The notes beneath the pieces were generated by a model that did no database searches, had not been told where the DNA came from, and was given only the letters and a program-made list of their open reading frames with translations. From Geotalea daltonii FRC-32 (GTDB lineage: Bacteria; Desulfobacterota; Desulfuromonadia; Geobacterales; Geobacteraceae), in NCBI RefSeq assembly GCF_000022265.1, contig NC_011979.1, forward strand, positions 3,090,001 to 3,122,000: a stretch of DNA of 32,000 nt, read 5' to 3'. The position numbers were made by a program, and so were the translations under genes. Positions within the stretch are counted from its first letter, which is position 1. Every line of letters begins with the position of its first letter. Below are positions 17,538-25,795 of the stretch, one piece after another.

Positions 17538-17724
17538 ATCTAGTTTCCATCCGGAAACTCCGGATGAGAAACTATGGTTTCCGATTCGGAAAGAGGGGGG
17601 TTTTTGTTCTGGCAAGGAGATCAAGGGCTTGCGCGGAGACGTACATCGGTACGTCGCACAAGTAAGCCCGCAGATTGACGCCGCCAGGGCAGAAAAGAAC
17701 CCTTTCCGGATGGAAACTATCTAA
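17538..17724 (+). mobile_element. MITE-like palindromic intergenic element, copy B
   Basis: This is the same element as 4205..4389, in the same orientation. It has the TIR TAGTTTCCATCCGGAAA / TTTCCGGATGGAAACTA and internal hairpins (for example GACGTAC-ATCG-GTACGTC). It starts 9 nt after the PGPGW stop and ends 25 nt before the next ATG. Confidence 0.7.
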
Positions 17725-17748
17725 ATCTATTAAAGAAGGAGAACCGAG

Positions 17749-18051
17749 ATGAAATGTCCCGTCTGCACCAATGTGAATCTGCTGCTGGCCGAACGCCAGG
17801 GAGTGGAAATAGATTACTGTCCCACCTGCCGTGGTGTTTGGCTTGACCGGGGAGAGCTGGACAAAATACTCGATCGTGTCGGTCAGGTACCCATGGAACA
17901 ACCAGTCCCAGAGTCCTACCGTCAACCGCCACCACAGCCGGTGCATCACATGAACCATGGCCATAATTACCATGGAGAGCACAAAGGTTACGGTCACAGC
18001 CGGCCACACAAGAAGAAATCCCTGCTGTCCGAGATCTTCGACTTCGATTGA
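17749..18051 (+). CDS. TFIIB-type zinc-ribbon protein (zf-TFIIB/PF13453-like) with His-rich tail
   Basis: 100 aa with the RBS AAGGAG. It has the CPVC...CPTCRGVWLDRGELDKI pattern and a C-terminal HHMNHGHNYHGEHKGYGHSRPH tract. Confidence 0.8.
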   Translation: MKCPVCTNVNLLLAERQGVEIDYCPTCRGVWLDRGELDKILDRVGQVPMEQPVPESYRQPPPQPVHHMNHGHNYHGEHKGYGHSRPHKKKSLLSEIFDFD

Positions 18052-18094
18052 TGATACGCAAGAATCAGTTAAAACAACAGGAAAGGAGAAATAA

Positions 18095-18319
18095 ATGTCC
18101 CATTATCAGAAGCAAGACCGTGGCGAATCGAGGAAAATGCAGAAAAGAAGAAGGGATGATAGTGCCCTGACCAACGTGGTTTCCTTGCGCATCAGCGATC
18201 AGGAGAAACGGGTCCTGGAGAAAATCACCAGGTCAAGCTCGAAGAATGTTTCCGAAATAGTGCGCGAGGCCATTGAATTATGGTTGGCAAAGCGCAAAAA
18301 GCTGTGTCTCGATAACTGA
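18095..18319 (+). CDS. Ribbon-helix-helix (CopG-like) small DNA-binding protein
   Basis: 74 aa with the RBS AGGAGA. VVSLRISDQEKRVLEKITRSSSKNVSEIVREAIELWL fits a beta-strand plus two-helix RHH layout. The start could instead be the internal ATG at 18137. Confidence 0.6.
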   Translation: MSHYQKQDRGESRKMQKRRRDDSALTNVVSLRISDQEKRVLEKITRSSSKNVSEIVREAIELWLAKRKKLCLDN

Positions 18320-18334
18320 AAAAAGGAGCCGTGA

Positions 18335-19282
18335 ATGAAGAAAAATATTGCTAGAGTATTTGCCATCGTGGCAGCCGTTATGTTCATGAGTATCGCCGTG
18401 CTGGAATCGAATGCTGAAGCCAGGGCCGGCGGCGGCCGCTCTTCCGGCTACCGTGGCTCACGCAGCTATTCCCAACCTAATACATCTTACTCACAGCCAT
18501 CCCAATCGCGGCAGCAGTACAATACCGCCCCAAATGCGATGCAACAACGCCCCGGCGGCGGTTTTCTCAGAGGTATGGCCGGCGGAATCATGGGAGGCTT
18601 GCTCGGCGGCATGCTCTTCAGCAGTCTTGGTTTTGCAGGTGGCGGCAATATGGGCGGAGGAGGTATCGGAATCCTGGAAATCCTGCTTTTAGCAGGTATC
18701 GGCTACATGATTTACCGCTTCGTCAAAAAAAAGCGTGAAGCCAGCCTGGCCACACCGTATGGGCAGACTGGCTATCAGGCTGGTACGGTAACCTCCTTTC
18801 CCAGCGGATACAACAGCAGTTTGCCGGTGGCGGATACTGTGGATTCCGGAATAGCCAACATCCGCAGCATGGATGCCTCCTTCGACGAGCAGCGCTTCAA
18901 GGATTCGGTGATGGATACCTTCTTCCGCATTCAGGGGGCATGGATGAACCGCGATCTGGCTCCGGTTTCCATTCTCCTTACCGAAGAGATGAAGAATATA
19001 TTGCAGGAGGATGTCAGCCGCTTGCTTCGTGACAGGCAGGTAAACCGCCTGGAGAATATCGCCGTCCGCAGTGTGGAGATTGCCGAGGCATGGCAGGAGT
19101 CGGGACAGGACTTCATAACTGCTTCCATTTATGCCAATCTGCTTGACTATACCACTGACGATGCAACCGGAGCTGTCGTCTCGGGAAACCGAACCGAGCC
19201 GGTGAAGTTCGAGGAATACTGGACCTTCACCAGACCGGTGGGCGCTAATGCCTGGCGCCTTTCAGCTATCGATCAGAAGTAG
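18335..19282 (+). CDS. Tim44-like domain membrane protein
   Basis: 315 aa. It has a signal/TM segment, an S/Q-rich then G-rich low-complexity region, a TM segment, and a C-terminal region (FDEQRFKDSVMDTFFRIQGAWMNRDL...) that resembles the Tim44-like domain. Confidence 0.78.
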   Translation: MKKNIARVFAIVAAVMFMSIAVLESNAEARAGGGRSSGYRGSRSYSQPNTSYSQPSQSRQQYNTAPNAMQQRPGGGFLRGMAGGIMGGLLGGMLFSSLGFAGGGNMGGGGIGILEILLLAGIGYMIYRFVKKKREASLATPYGQTGYQAGTVTSFPSGYNSSLPVADTVDSGIANIRSMDASFDEQRFKDSVMDTFFRIQGAWMNRDLAPVSILLTEEMKNILQEDVSRLLRDRQVNRLENIAVRSVEIAEAWQESGQDFITASIYANLLDYTTDDATGAVVSGNRTEPVKFEEYWTFTRPVGANAWRLSAIDQK

Positions 19283-19300
19283 TAAACTACAGCTGCATGT

Positions 19301-19323
19301 GGGGCGCCCTTGATGGGCGCTCC
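19301..19323. terminator. GC-rich hairpin between convergent genes (Tim44-like and ppiC)
   Basis: GGGGCGCCC-TTGAT-GGGCGCTCC is a 9-bp stem with one mismatch. There is no clear U-run on either side. Confidence 0.3.
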
Positions 19324-19359
19324 ATTGATACAAAACGTAAGTAAATATACAGCGAGAGG

Positions 19360-19638
19360 CTACCAGCGCTTGGTAATTTCGATGAGATGGTAGCCGAAGT
19401 CTGTTTTCACCGGTCCCAGCACCTTGTTCAGGTCGCCTGAAAAGACCACTTGGTCGAACTCGGGAACCATCTGCCCTTGAGCGAAAGTCCCCAGATCGCC
19501 GCCCCTCATCCTTGAAGGGCAAGCAGAATTAAGCTTCGCAGTCTCGGCAAAATCGGCGCCGTTCTCAATCTCTGTTTTCAGCTTCAGGCATTCTTCTTCT
19601 GTGTCTACTAGGATGTGGCGTGCGTTAGCGCAAGGCAT
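19360..19638 (-). CDS. ppiC: Parvulin-type peptidyl-prolyl cis-trans isomerase
   Basis: 92 aa. ARHILV...CPS...GGDLG.F..GQMVPEFD...FGYHLI are typical PpiC/Par10 motifs. Confidence 0.9.
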   Translation of the reverse strand: MPCANARHILVDTEEECLKLKTEIENGADFAETAKLNSACPSRMRGGDLGTFAQGQMVPEFDQVVFSGDLNKVLGPVKTDFGYHLIEITKRW

Positions 19639-19746
19639 GGGAGAACTCCTTATTGGTTGATATGGACGGCGGCGCCCTTGATGAAAGAAGGCCGCCCATG
19701 GCTAATATATGTGTAAAAAAGGTTGTTTTGCAAGAGCAGTTTAAGA

Positions 19747-20445
19747 TTACCTCTTTGCCACCCCAACGGGCTGTGGCTTTGCCACGAACACCACATGCCG
19801 AAGCCCTCCCCTCCCCGGTCGTTCGCTTTTCACTGAAAACCCACCATCCCGGAGCCGCTTGTCGAATCCAGCATCGTAGTTTTCGCCCCATATGGCAAAT
19901 ACACCATGGGGCTTGAGGGCCTGGCGCGTATTGTCAATTGCCTTGCTGCCATAGAGGGGATCGTCACGTTTATGGGAACGATAATGTGGCCCTTTATAGA
20001 GATCAAGGACTATGGCATCGAACCCTTCTTCCTCTCCGCCCCTCCTTGATCTGCGGATGACATGGGCGACGTCGGCTATCTCGACTGCCACCCTGGGGTC
20101 ATTGACGGCCGAATCTGTAAGCCTCGCCAACGGTCCCCGGCACCACTGCAAAACAACCGGATTCAGCTCGGCTACGACCACCCGAGCGCTGGCAGGCAGA
20201 GTATCGAGAACAGCTCTGAGGGTATAGCCCATGCCAAGTCCTCCCACCAGAACACGCGGTCTGTCACTGATCTGCAAGTGTTCGCAGGCCAGACGACCGA
20301 GGGCGAGCTCTGAGCGATTGGCTCTGCTGTTCATCAGCACCAGCCCCCCAACAGTAATGAGAAAATCTCCTTCGCCACGACGACGAAGCTGCAAGACCCC
20401 TTCGTCTGTGGAAATACTTTCAATAACTATCCAGGGTTGGGACAT
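19747..20445 (-). CDS. Spermidine-synthase-like class I SAM-dependent methyltransferase family protein
   Basis: 232 aa. It has VLVGGLGMGYTLRAVL (a Gly-rich SAM loop), VVVAELNPVV and FDAIVLDLY, which resemble short bacterial spermine/spermidine-synthase-like proteins. Confidence 0.75.
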   Translation of the reverse strand: MSQPWIVIESISTDEGVLQLRRRGEGDFLITVGGLVLMNSRANRSELALGRLACEHLQISDRPRVLVGGLGMGYTLRAVLDTLPASARVVVAELNPVVLQWCRGPLARLTDSAVNDPRVAVEIADVAHVIRRSRRGGEEEGFDAIVLDLYKGPHYRSHKRDDPLYGSKAIDNTRQALKPHGVFAIWGENYDAGFDKRLRDGGFSVKSERPGRGGLRHVVFVAKPQPVGVAKR

Positions 20446-20533
20446 GCTTTAACCTCGTGTGCAAGGGAATTGATAACCGGGAACACAATAGCACAATGGT
20501 GCTGACTGGCCTTAGTGCTCTCTGTAAAAGAAG

Positions 20534-21025
20534 TTACTTGATGCCCTGTTTCTGGAGAAGTATGGATCTGACTGCTTGCTGACGGTAGATAAAGATCCGT
20601 TCCAGCTGTTTGCGGACTATTGGGTAGGCAGCCTCCCCCATGGGGGCGACGGGAAGGCGAAAGCGGACGTCATCATCGATAATGGTAGTGCCATTGGGCC
20701 CGTCACGGAAGCTATGCTTGTGGATCCATAGCCGGTAGGGGCCTTCCACCTGCTCATCGACGAAGAAATCGGGAGGCGACCAGGCAATGATCCTGCTTTT
20801 CCAGCTGAATGGCACTCCGAACAGCTTTAAGCGGTAGGCTATCTCCGCCCCCTCTTTCATTTCCAGGGGCAGTTTGGAGAGTATTACGAATTCCAGCTCG
20901 GGAGGGGTTATGGTCCCCAGATTGGCGGCCTCTGCGAAAAACTCGAAGACGCAGGACCGAGGAAATTCCAGTGTCTGTGAGTAATGTAAAGTGTGTTCTG
21001 GCATATACGCTTTAGTTGTCCTCAA
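20534..21025 (-). CDS. SRPBCC-superfamily protein (cyclase/dehydrase-like, COG4276-type)
   Basis: 163 aa. ...FEFFAEAANLGTITPPELEFVIL...FGVPFSWKSRIIAWSPPDFFVDEQVEGPYRLWIHKHSF is typical of this family. The start may instead be the internal ATG at 21004. Confidence 0.72.
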   Translation of the reverse strand: MRTTKAYMPEHTLHYSQTLEFPRSCVFEFFAEAANLGTITPPELEFVILSKLPLEMKEGAEIAYRLKLFGVPFSWKSRIIAWSPPDFFVDEQVEGPYRLWIHKHSFRDGPNGTTIIDDDVRFRLPVAPMGEAAYPIVRKQLERIFIYRQQAVRSILLQKQGIK

Positions 21026-21088
21026 TATTAGAAAAACCCCGCCTGAAAAAGACGAGGTTTTTCTAATAGAAGATTATTGGCTTTTCGG

Positions 21089-22393
21089 TCAGGCCAGATC
21101 CTGGACTGCTTTGAAGATGATATCAAATAGTTCGGGAATGTCCTTTTCGGCAATGCACGAAAATGCAATGCGCAGGTCGGTTTTACCAATGGAAATGGCG
21201 CCTACCCCGTATTTGTCCAGCAGGTGCTGGCGCAGTTTCTCCGCATCAACGGTTTTCAGTTTAAGGCACATGAAATAGCCGGAATTGAAGGGATAGTAGT
21301 CCCAAGCCTTATCATACTTGCCGCTGTTAAGCACCTCCTTGGTTTTGAGGGCTCTCCCCTTGAGCACCTGGAACTTTTCTTCCTTTTGCTCGAGGAATTT
21401 GGGCGAACGCAGCGCCTCGATGACGAACGTCTGGGAAGGGTGCGGACAGTTTGAGATGCGGGCGCGGATAATCCCCATGGCTTTCTTCTCGAGGGCGGTC
21501 ATGACCGGTGCGTTCTCATATTCGTTGCCGTCGGCAAAGGTTATGAAGCCGGTACGGAACCCCCAAACGAACTCCTCTTTAGTTGCACCGTCGAGCTTTA
21601 TGGTCAGGATGCGAGGATGGAGGTTGGCAAGCTTGCCAAACAATGACTCTTTGAGACTGTCTTCATAGAAAAGCCCGAAGTAAGCATCATCTGTAATGGC
21701 AACAATATTACAACCCGACTCAGCAACCTCCTTTATGGCGGCTACCAGGGCATCTCCCTCCGCAACGGTCGGCGTGTAGCCGCTCGGGTTGTTTGGGAAG
21801 TTAAGAAGAACTACAGCCTTGCCTTTCTCTGCTGCCGTATTCTTGAGGACAGCTTTGAACGCATCGATATCATAGCCGCCAGTGGCAGTGAAGGTAGGAT
21901 ATTTCTGAACAATTGCACCGCAGCAGGTTCCGAAGGTCAGGTTATAGTTACCCCAGAGCATGTCAGGAAGGATCAGGTGGTCTCCCTTGTCAATGAACAT
22001 ATCTGCGACAATGGAGAGACCATGGGTCAGGGCATTGGTGACAATGGGATTGCTAAAGTGTTTGCCCTGTTGGCTGGGATTTTCCCGCAGCATCTTCTCA
22101 CGCCAAAGAGAGCGCAACTCGGGTTTTCCTGCGGGAGGTGCATAGGGATAGATTTCTTTAGGATCAAAGCCGGACAATTTATCCTGAATGCATTGCAGGT
22201 ACATGGGGCCACCGTTTTCGGTGGCGATGCCGATAGTCGCATTGAACTTGTGTGCTTTTTCCTTGGCTTCAGCCGATTGGGTCAGAATCCCTTTCGGGAA
22301 GAAGAGGTTTTTCCCCAGATCAGACAGCATCTCCAAAACGTGCGGACTGTGCTGGGAAAGCAGATCGTTTAATTCACTAGCAAGTGGGTTCAT
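21089..22393 (-). CDS. Class I/II PLP-dependent aminotransferase
   Basis: 434 aa. It has NFPNNPSGYTP, ITDDAYFGLFYE, and the PLP-lysine region DGATKEEFVWGFRTGFITF. The RBS GGAGGAGAAAG lies upstream. Confidence 0.88.
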   Translation of the reverse strand: MNPLASELNDLLSQHSPHVLEMLSDLGKNLFFPKGILTQSAEAKEKAHKFNATIGIATENGGPMYLQCIQDKLSGFDPKEIYPYAPPAGKPELRSLWREKMLRENPSQQGKHFSNPIVTNALTHGLSIVADMFIDKGDHLILPDMLWGNYNLTFGTCCGAIVQKYPTFTATGGYDIDAFKAVLKNTAAEKGKAVVLLNFPNNPSGYTPTVAEGDALVAAIKEVAESGCNIVAITDDAYFGLFYEDSLKESLFGKLANLHPRILTIKLDGATKEEFVWGFRTGFITFADGNEYENAPVMTALEKKAMGIIRARISNCPHPSQTFVIEALRSPKFLEQKEEKFQVLKGRALKTKEVLNSGKYDKAWDYYPFNSGYFMCLKLKTVDAEKLRQHLLDKYGVGAISIGKTDLRIAFSCIAEKDIPELFDIIFKAVQDLA

Positions 22394-22625
22394 TCTTTCT
22401 CCTCCGGACTATTTTGAAATGGCTACAACAAATCAAGATCGTTCAAATTAAATTCAGCGGCAAACTTCTTGGATAATACTTGAAAGAAGTAAACCCTGCA
22501 ATAGTTCTTAAGCCATCGACTAAAAAATTATCCACCATCCCAGTGGTGTTCAGGGGCATGAATAATAAAAAAGGGAACGGCGGCTATTGGTAGACTACTT
22601 GAGCATCATACTTTTATTAGTTTTA

Positions 22626-22667
22626 CTTTTGCAAAAGAGCACAGCCGCTTTTGCATTTTTGCAAAAG
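22626..22667. promoter_or_regulatory. Pair of TTTTGCAAAA palindromes (candidate enhancer/UAS or repressor sites)
   Basis: CTTTTGCAAAAG (22626-22637) is a perfect 12-bp palindrome and TTTTGCAAAA recurs at 22657-22666. The centres are 30 bp apart with a half-site CTTTTGCA between them. The pair lies about 200 bp upstream of the sigma-54-type promoter. Confidence 0.35.
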
Positions 22668-22851
22668 TTCCTTTGTCGGGCCAAAGCCTTGTTCCGTATA
22701 CATTTATGACGCTTGGTCCAATCCCGGTCGACCAAAAGAATTTGCATTTCTACAAAAAAGATGTTTTTCAACTCTTCCATCCTTTGGAGTATCTACCCAT
22801 AACATGCTGGAATTACGACTTAAAAATTAATCAAACACGATTATATTCCTC

Positions 22852-22867
22852 TGGCATGTATGTTGCT
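22852..22867 (+). promoter_or_regulatory. Sigma-54 (-24/-12) type promoter upstream of the MFS transporter gene
   Basis: TGGCATGTATGTTGCT matches TGGCAC-N5-TTGCW in spacing and in 9 of the 11 specified consensus positions, including the GG and GC. It ends 44 nt before the ATG at 22911, and the RBS AAGGAGG lies between them. Confidence 0.55.
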
Positions 22868-22910
22868 CCCTTTTTCAGTAAATCCAGTCAAAAAACTAAG
22901 GAGGTGACAC

Positions 22911-24206
22911 ATGTCACAAACATCGACTAACAAGGGTTGGCAGGTTACTATGGCCGGTCTGGGCATCAACCTGGCACTCGGCGTGCTGTACGCTTGGAGT
23001 ATTTTCAAGGGAGCAATAAAGGCATCCATCGAACAAGGTGGGCCAGATGCTTTCCAGTGGAGTCTCTCCTCCATAAACGATCCATATGCTCTTTGCTGTC
23101 TCGTGTTTGCCTTTGCCATGATTGTCGCCGGCAAGTGCCAGGACAAACTTGGCCCCGCGCGCACCGCACTGATCGGTGGGCTTTTTGTCGGCAGCGGTTT
23201 TACCCTGATGTCATTCTCCAACAGCTATGCTGCCTGGGTAATCGGCTTCGGAGTGCTGGCTGGTACTGGTTTCGGTTTTGGCTACGCTGCAGCTACTCCT
23301 CCTGCTCTTAAATGGTTTTCTTCAACAAAAACCGGGGTCATCGCAGGCACGGTCGTGGCCGGTTTCGGTCTTGCTCCGGTCTATATTGCACCGCTTTCAA
23401 GCTTCCTTTTGGGCACTTATGGAATACAGAAGTCGATGCTGTTCCTGGGCATCGGCTTTACGGTTGCGGTCTGTGGGCTCTCTTTCCTGCTGATTAACCC
23501 GCCGCAAGGATATGTGCCTGCCGAGCCGGCCAAAAAAGATGACGGCAAGCCTGCCGCCAAGGCAGTCTACAACGCAAATATCAGCGAAATGATGCGGTCA
23601 CCCAAGTTCTATCTCCTCTGGATGAACTTCTTTATCGGTTCGGGTGCTGGCCTCATGGTTATCGGCAGCGTTGCCGGTCTGGCCAAGAAGAGCATGGGAC
23701 CGATGGCATTTGTTGCCGTTGCCATCATGGCAATCGGTAACGCCAGTGGCCGGGTTATTGCCGGCATCCTTTCGGACAAGATCGGCCGCAAAGCCACCCT
23801 GACAATAATGCTTGGCTTCCAGGCCGTTATGATGTTTGCAGCTATCCCGGTGGTAGGTTCCGGCAGCGCCAGTCTCCTGGTCGTGCTCGCTACCTTCATC
23901 GGTTTCAACTACGGCAGCAACCTCTGCCTCTTCCCTTCCTTTGCGAAGGATTACTGGGGCTTCAAGAACTACGGCCTCAATTATGGGGTTCTTTTTACCG
24001 CGTGGGGCGTGGGCGGATTCGTCATGGGTCGTGTTTCCGAAATGCTTAACGCCGTTCCCGGCGGTCTGAATAAATCATTCATTCTTGCAGGCGTCCTTTG
24101 TGCCACCGGCACAATACTGACCATCTTCCTCCGCGAGAAGAAGAAGGTCGAGGTTTCGGCTCCTGTTATCATGGGCGAACCGGTTGCAGTGAAAGAAGAC
24201 TACTAG
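22911..24206 (+). CDS. MFS transporter, oxalate/formate antiporter (OFA)-like family
   Basis: 431 aa with about 12 TM segments. The N-terminus GWQVTMAGLGINLALGVLYAWSIF is typical of OFA/L-lactate-type MFS proteins. Confidence 0.88.
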   Translation: MSQTSTNKGWQVTMAGLGINLALGVLYAWSIFKGAIKASIEQGGPDAFQWSLSSINDPYALCCLVFAFAMIVAGKCQDKLGPARTALIGGLFVGSGFTLMSFSNSYAAWVIGFGVLAGTGFGFGYAAATPPALKWFSSTKTGVIAGTVVAGFGLAPVYIAPLSSFLLGTYGIQKSMLFLGIGFTVAVCGLSFLLINPPQGYVPAEPAKKDDGKPAAKAVYNANISEMMRSPKFYLLWMNFFIGSGAGLMVIGSVAGLAKKSMGPMAFVAVAIMAIGNASGRVIAGILSDKIGRKATLTIMLGFQAVMMFAAIPVVGSGSASLLVVLATFIGFNYGSNLCLFPSFAKDYWGFKNYGLNYGVLFTAWGVGGFVMGRVSEMLNAVPGGLNKSFILAGVLCATGTILTIFLREKKKVEVSAPVIMGEPVAVKEDY

Positions 24207-24207
24207 T

Positions 24208-24363
24208 GTCACGTGCGGCTAATTCTTTCCTGACAATTTCAGGTCTTTTGGCCCCCGGCTGTGTTGCGGCTCCTCGGTTTAGGCCCTGCTAAGCCTGCGT
24301 CGCCGCGCCTTGCCGGGAACCAAAATCCCTCGAAATTCTTGCAGAGAACTAACCGCACGGGAC
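24208..24363. repeat. Long imperfect inverted repeat/hairpin (~50-nt arms plus a structured centre)
   Basis: The left arm GTCACGTGCGGCTAATTCTTTCC...AATTTC...TTTTGG..CCCGGC pairs with the right arm GCCGGG..CCAAAA...GAAATT...AGAACTAACCGCACGGGAC. The inner stems are GCGGC/GCCGC and AGGC/GCCT. It starts 2 nt after the MFS stop. Confidence 0.6.
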
Positions 24364-24539
24364 ATTAGGTTTCGCACTTTAATGGCAGAATATCAATGAT
24401 AGATCAGGGTCATGCAGCACGGCGTGGCCCTAATCTATTTCAAAATGTGAAAATATGGGTATAATCCGTTGGCAAACAATAGGAGCAGATTGGACGAATA
24501 ACGGCAAATTTCTCCCCTGATTTGTGCGAGGTTGCAGTA

Positions 24540-25715
24540 ATGGACGATCAAGAAGAACAGGGAATGGATACCACCTACGTCGGGATCATGCTGGTGGTCT
24601 TTCTTGTAATTGCAGGTCTGGCAATAAATATAGGCTATATGTATGTCAGCGAAGACGACCTGCATAATGCAGCGGAGTTATCCGCTCTTGCCGGCGCCCA
24701 GGCAATCGGGCAGCAGATGCAGCTTTCGGCCAGGACCGGTACCGGGAAACTGAAAGAAACAATCTACGATCAGGTGCAACCTGCCGCAAGGGCCGCGGCT
24801 ATCGATCACGTTTCAGGACACCACCAAGCGTCAGCCTTAATAGAAATACGCAACAGCAATATCAATCGGCTCACCACCGAGAATGACCTTACAATGGGGT
24901 TCTGGAATATTAGCTCCCGGACCTACACTCCCGGCGGGACACCGGTCAATGCTGTTCAAGTCAGGACTCGACGCACAGCCGAAAGCGAATCTGCCGGTCT
25001 CGGTACCCTGGGAAGCATTCTGTCCAAAATCTCCGGCTCTCAAAAGCTGAATTACACCCCGGAGGCAGTGGCCGCCATTCCAGCCCTGGCAGACGCAAAT
25101 TTTTCCGTCTGTGTCGATGCCTGTGGCACGGAATGTACTTATCCCAACATCTGCACTATTCAGGAAAGGAAGCTGAGCCCGGATTCATCCGATCCGAGGA
25201 TGGATTCTCCCACCAAGAGCCGCTACGCTTACACATCTCTGTCGTATCCCCCAGGAGACACAATGAGTCTGTCAAATCTGATCTGCATGGGGATGCCTCC
25301 CAAGGAGGTATGCGGAAAGGAGATTTACACCATCCGGGACAGGGACGACAATGCACTGCGGGATATGGAATCGGTGATGTACAATCCGAACATGAACAAG
25401 GCTAACAAGGATTACGACAAGGCAACCGGCGCTTTGCAAGGATGGTGGGTCATTGCCCCGGTGACCGATTGCCTACCGGCCACGCAGGAAAATAGTCACG
25501 AACGTCACAGGGTGACAAAGTATGCCTTGATCAGAATCAGCAGGATATGTGTAACGGGAACCACCGGTTGCTCCCAAAACGATACTGCTTTTGATGCGCC
25601 GGCAGCTCAATGCCGCGAGGATAACGGCCTGTATATCGACCGCATTTCGTGCCTCGGTTGTGGAAGTCCTACCATGACTCAATTCCCGGGGCTGCATCCG
25701 GTTCTGGTAAAATAG
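24540..25715 (+). CDS. TadG/TadE-like (Flp-pilus-assembly-related) N-terminal domain protein with Cys-rich C-terminal region
   Basis: The ORF track starts at TTG 24522; I prefer the ATG at 24540. YVGIMLVVFLVIAGLAINIGYMYVSEDDLHNAAELSALAGAQAI fits the TadG-like N-terminal TM plus helix pattern. The rest is unique and contains many Cys residues. Confidence 0.65.
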   Translation: MDDQEEQGMDTTYVGIMLVVFLVIAGLAINIGYMYVSEDDLHNAAELSALAGAQAIGQQMQLSARTGTGKLKETIYDQVQPAARAAAIDHVSGHHQASALIEIRNSNINRLTTENDLTMGFWNISSRTYTPGGTPVNAVQVRTRRTAESESAGLGTLGSILSKISGSQKLNYTPEAVAAIPALADANFSVCVDACGTECTYPNICTIQERKLSPDSSDPRMDSPTKSRYAYTSLSYPPGDTMSLSNLICMGMPPKEVCGKEIYTIRDRDDNALRDMESVMYNPNMNKANKDYDKATGALQGWWVIAPVTDCLPATQENSHERHRVTKYALIRISRICVTGTTGCSQNDTAFDAPAAQCREDNGLYIDRISCLGCGSPTMTQFPGLHPVLVK

Positions 25716-25795
25716 CAACCGACATCAGCTTTTGGTGTTTGAGTTATCATGGTTGTCCCTGATCTAAACCACCAACTCCTCATTCATCTCACTCA

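Noticed and set aside
17480-18009. ORFs 17480..17665 (+) and 17572..18009 (-) running through MITE-like copy B
   Set aside because: They cross a non-coding repeat whose other copy (4205..4389) does not preserve these frames. The minus-strand ORF is also antisense to the zinc-ribbon gene.
21027-21067. Perfect 12-bp inverted repeat ATTAGAAAAACC-N17-GGTTTTTCTAAT between the aminotransferase and SRPBCC genes
   Set aside because: I did not call it a terminator because the stem is AT-rich and no flanking U-run follows. It may be an operator or a weak attenuator, but nothing else supports a call.
24208-24363. Calling the long hairpin a 6S RNA or SRP RNA
   Set aside because: The rod-like shape is suggestive, but I see no SRP domain IV motif, no clear central bubble or terminator, and no typical genomic context. 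It is kept only as an unexplained structure.
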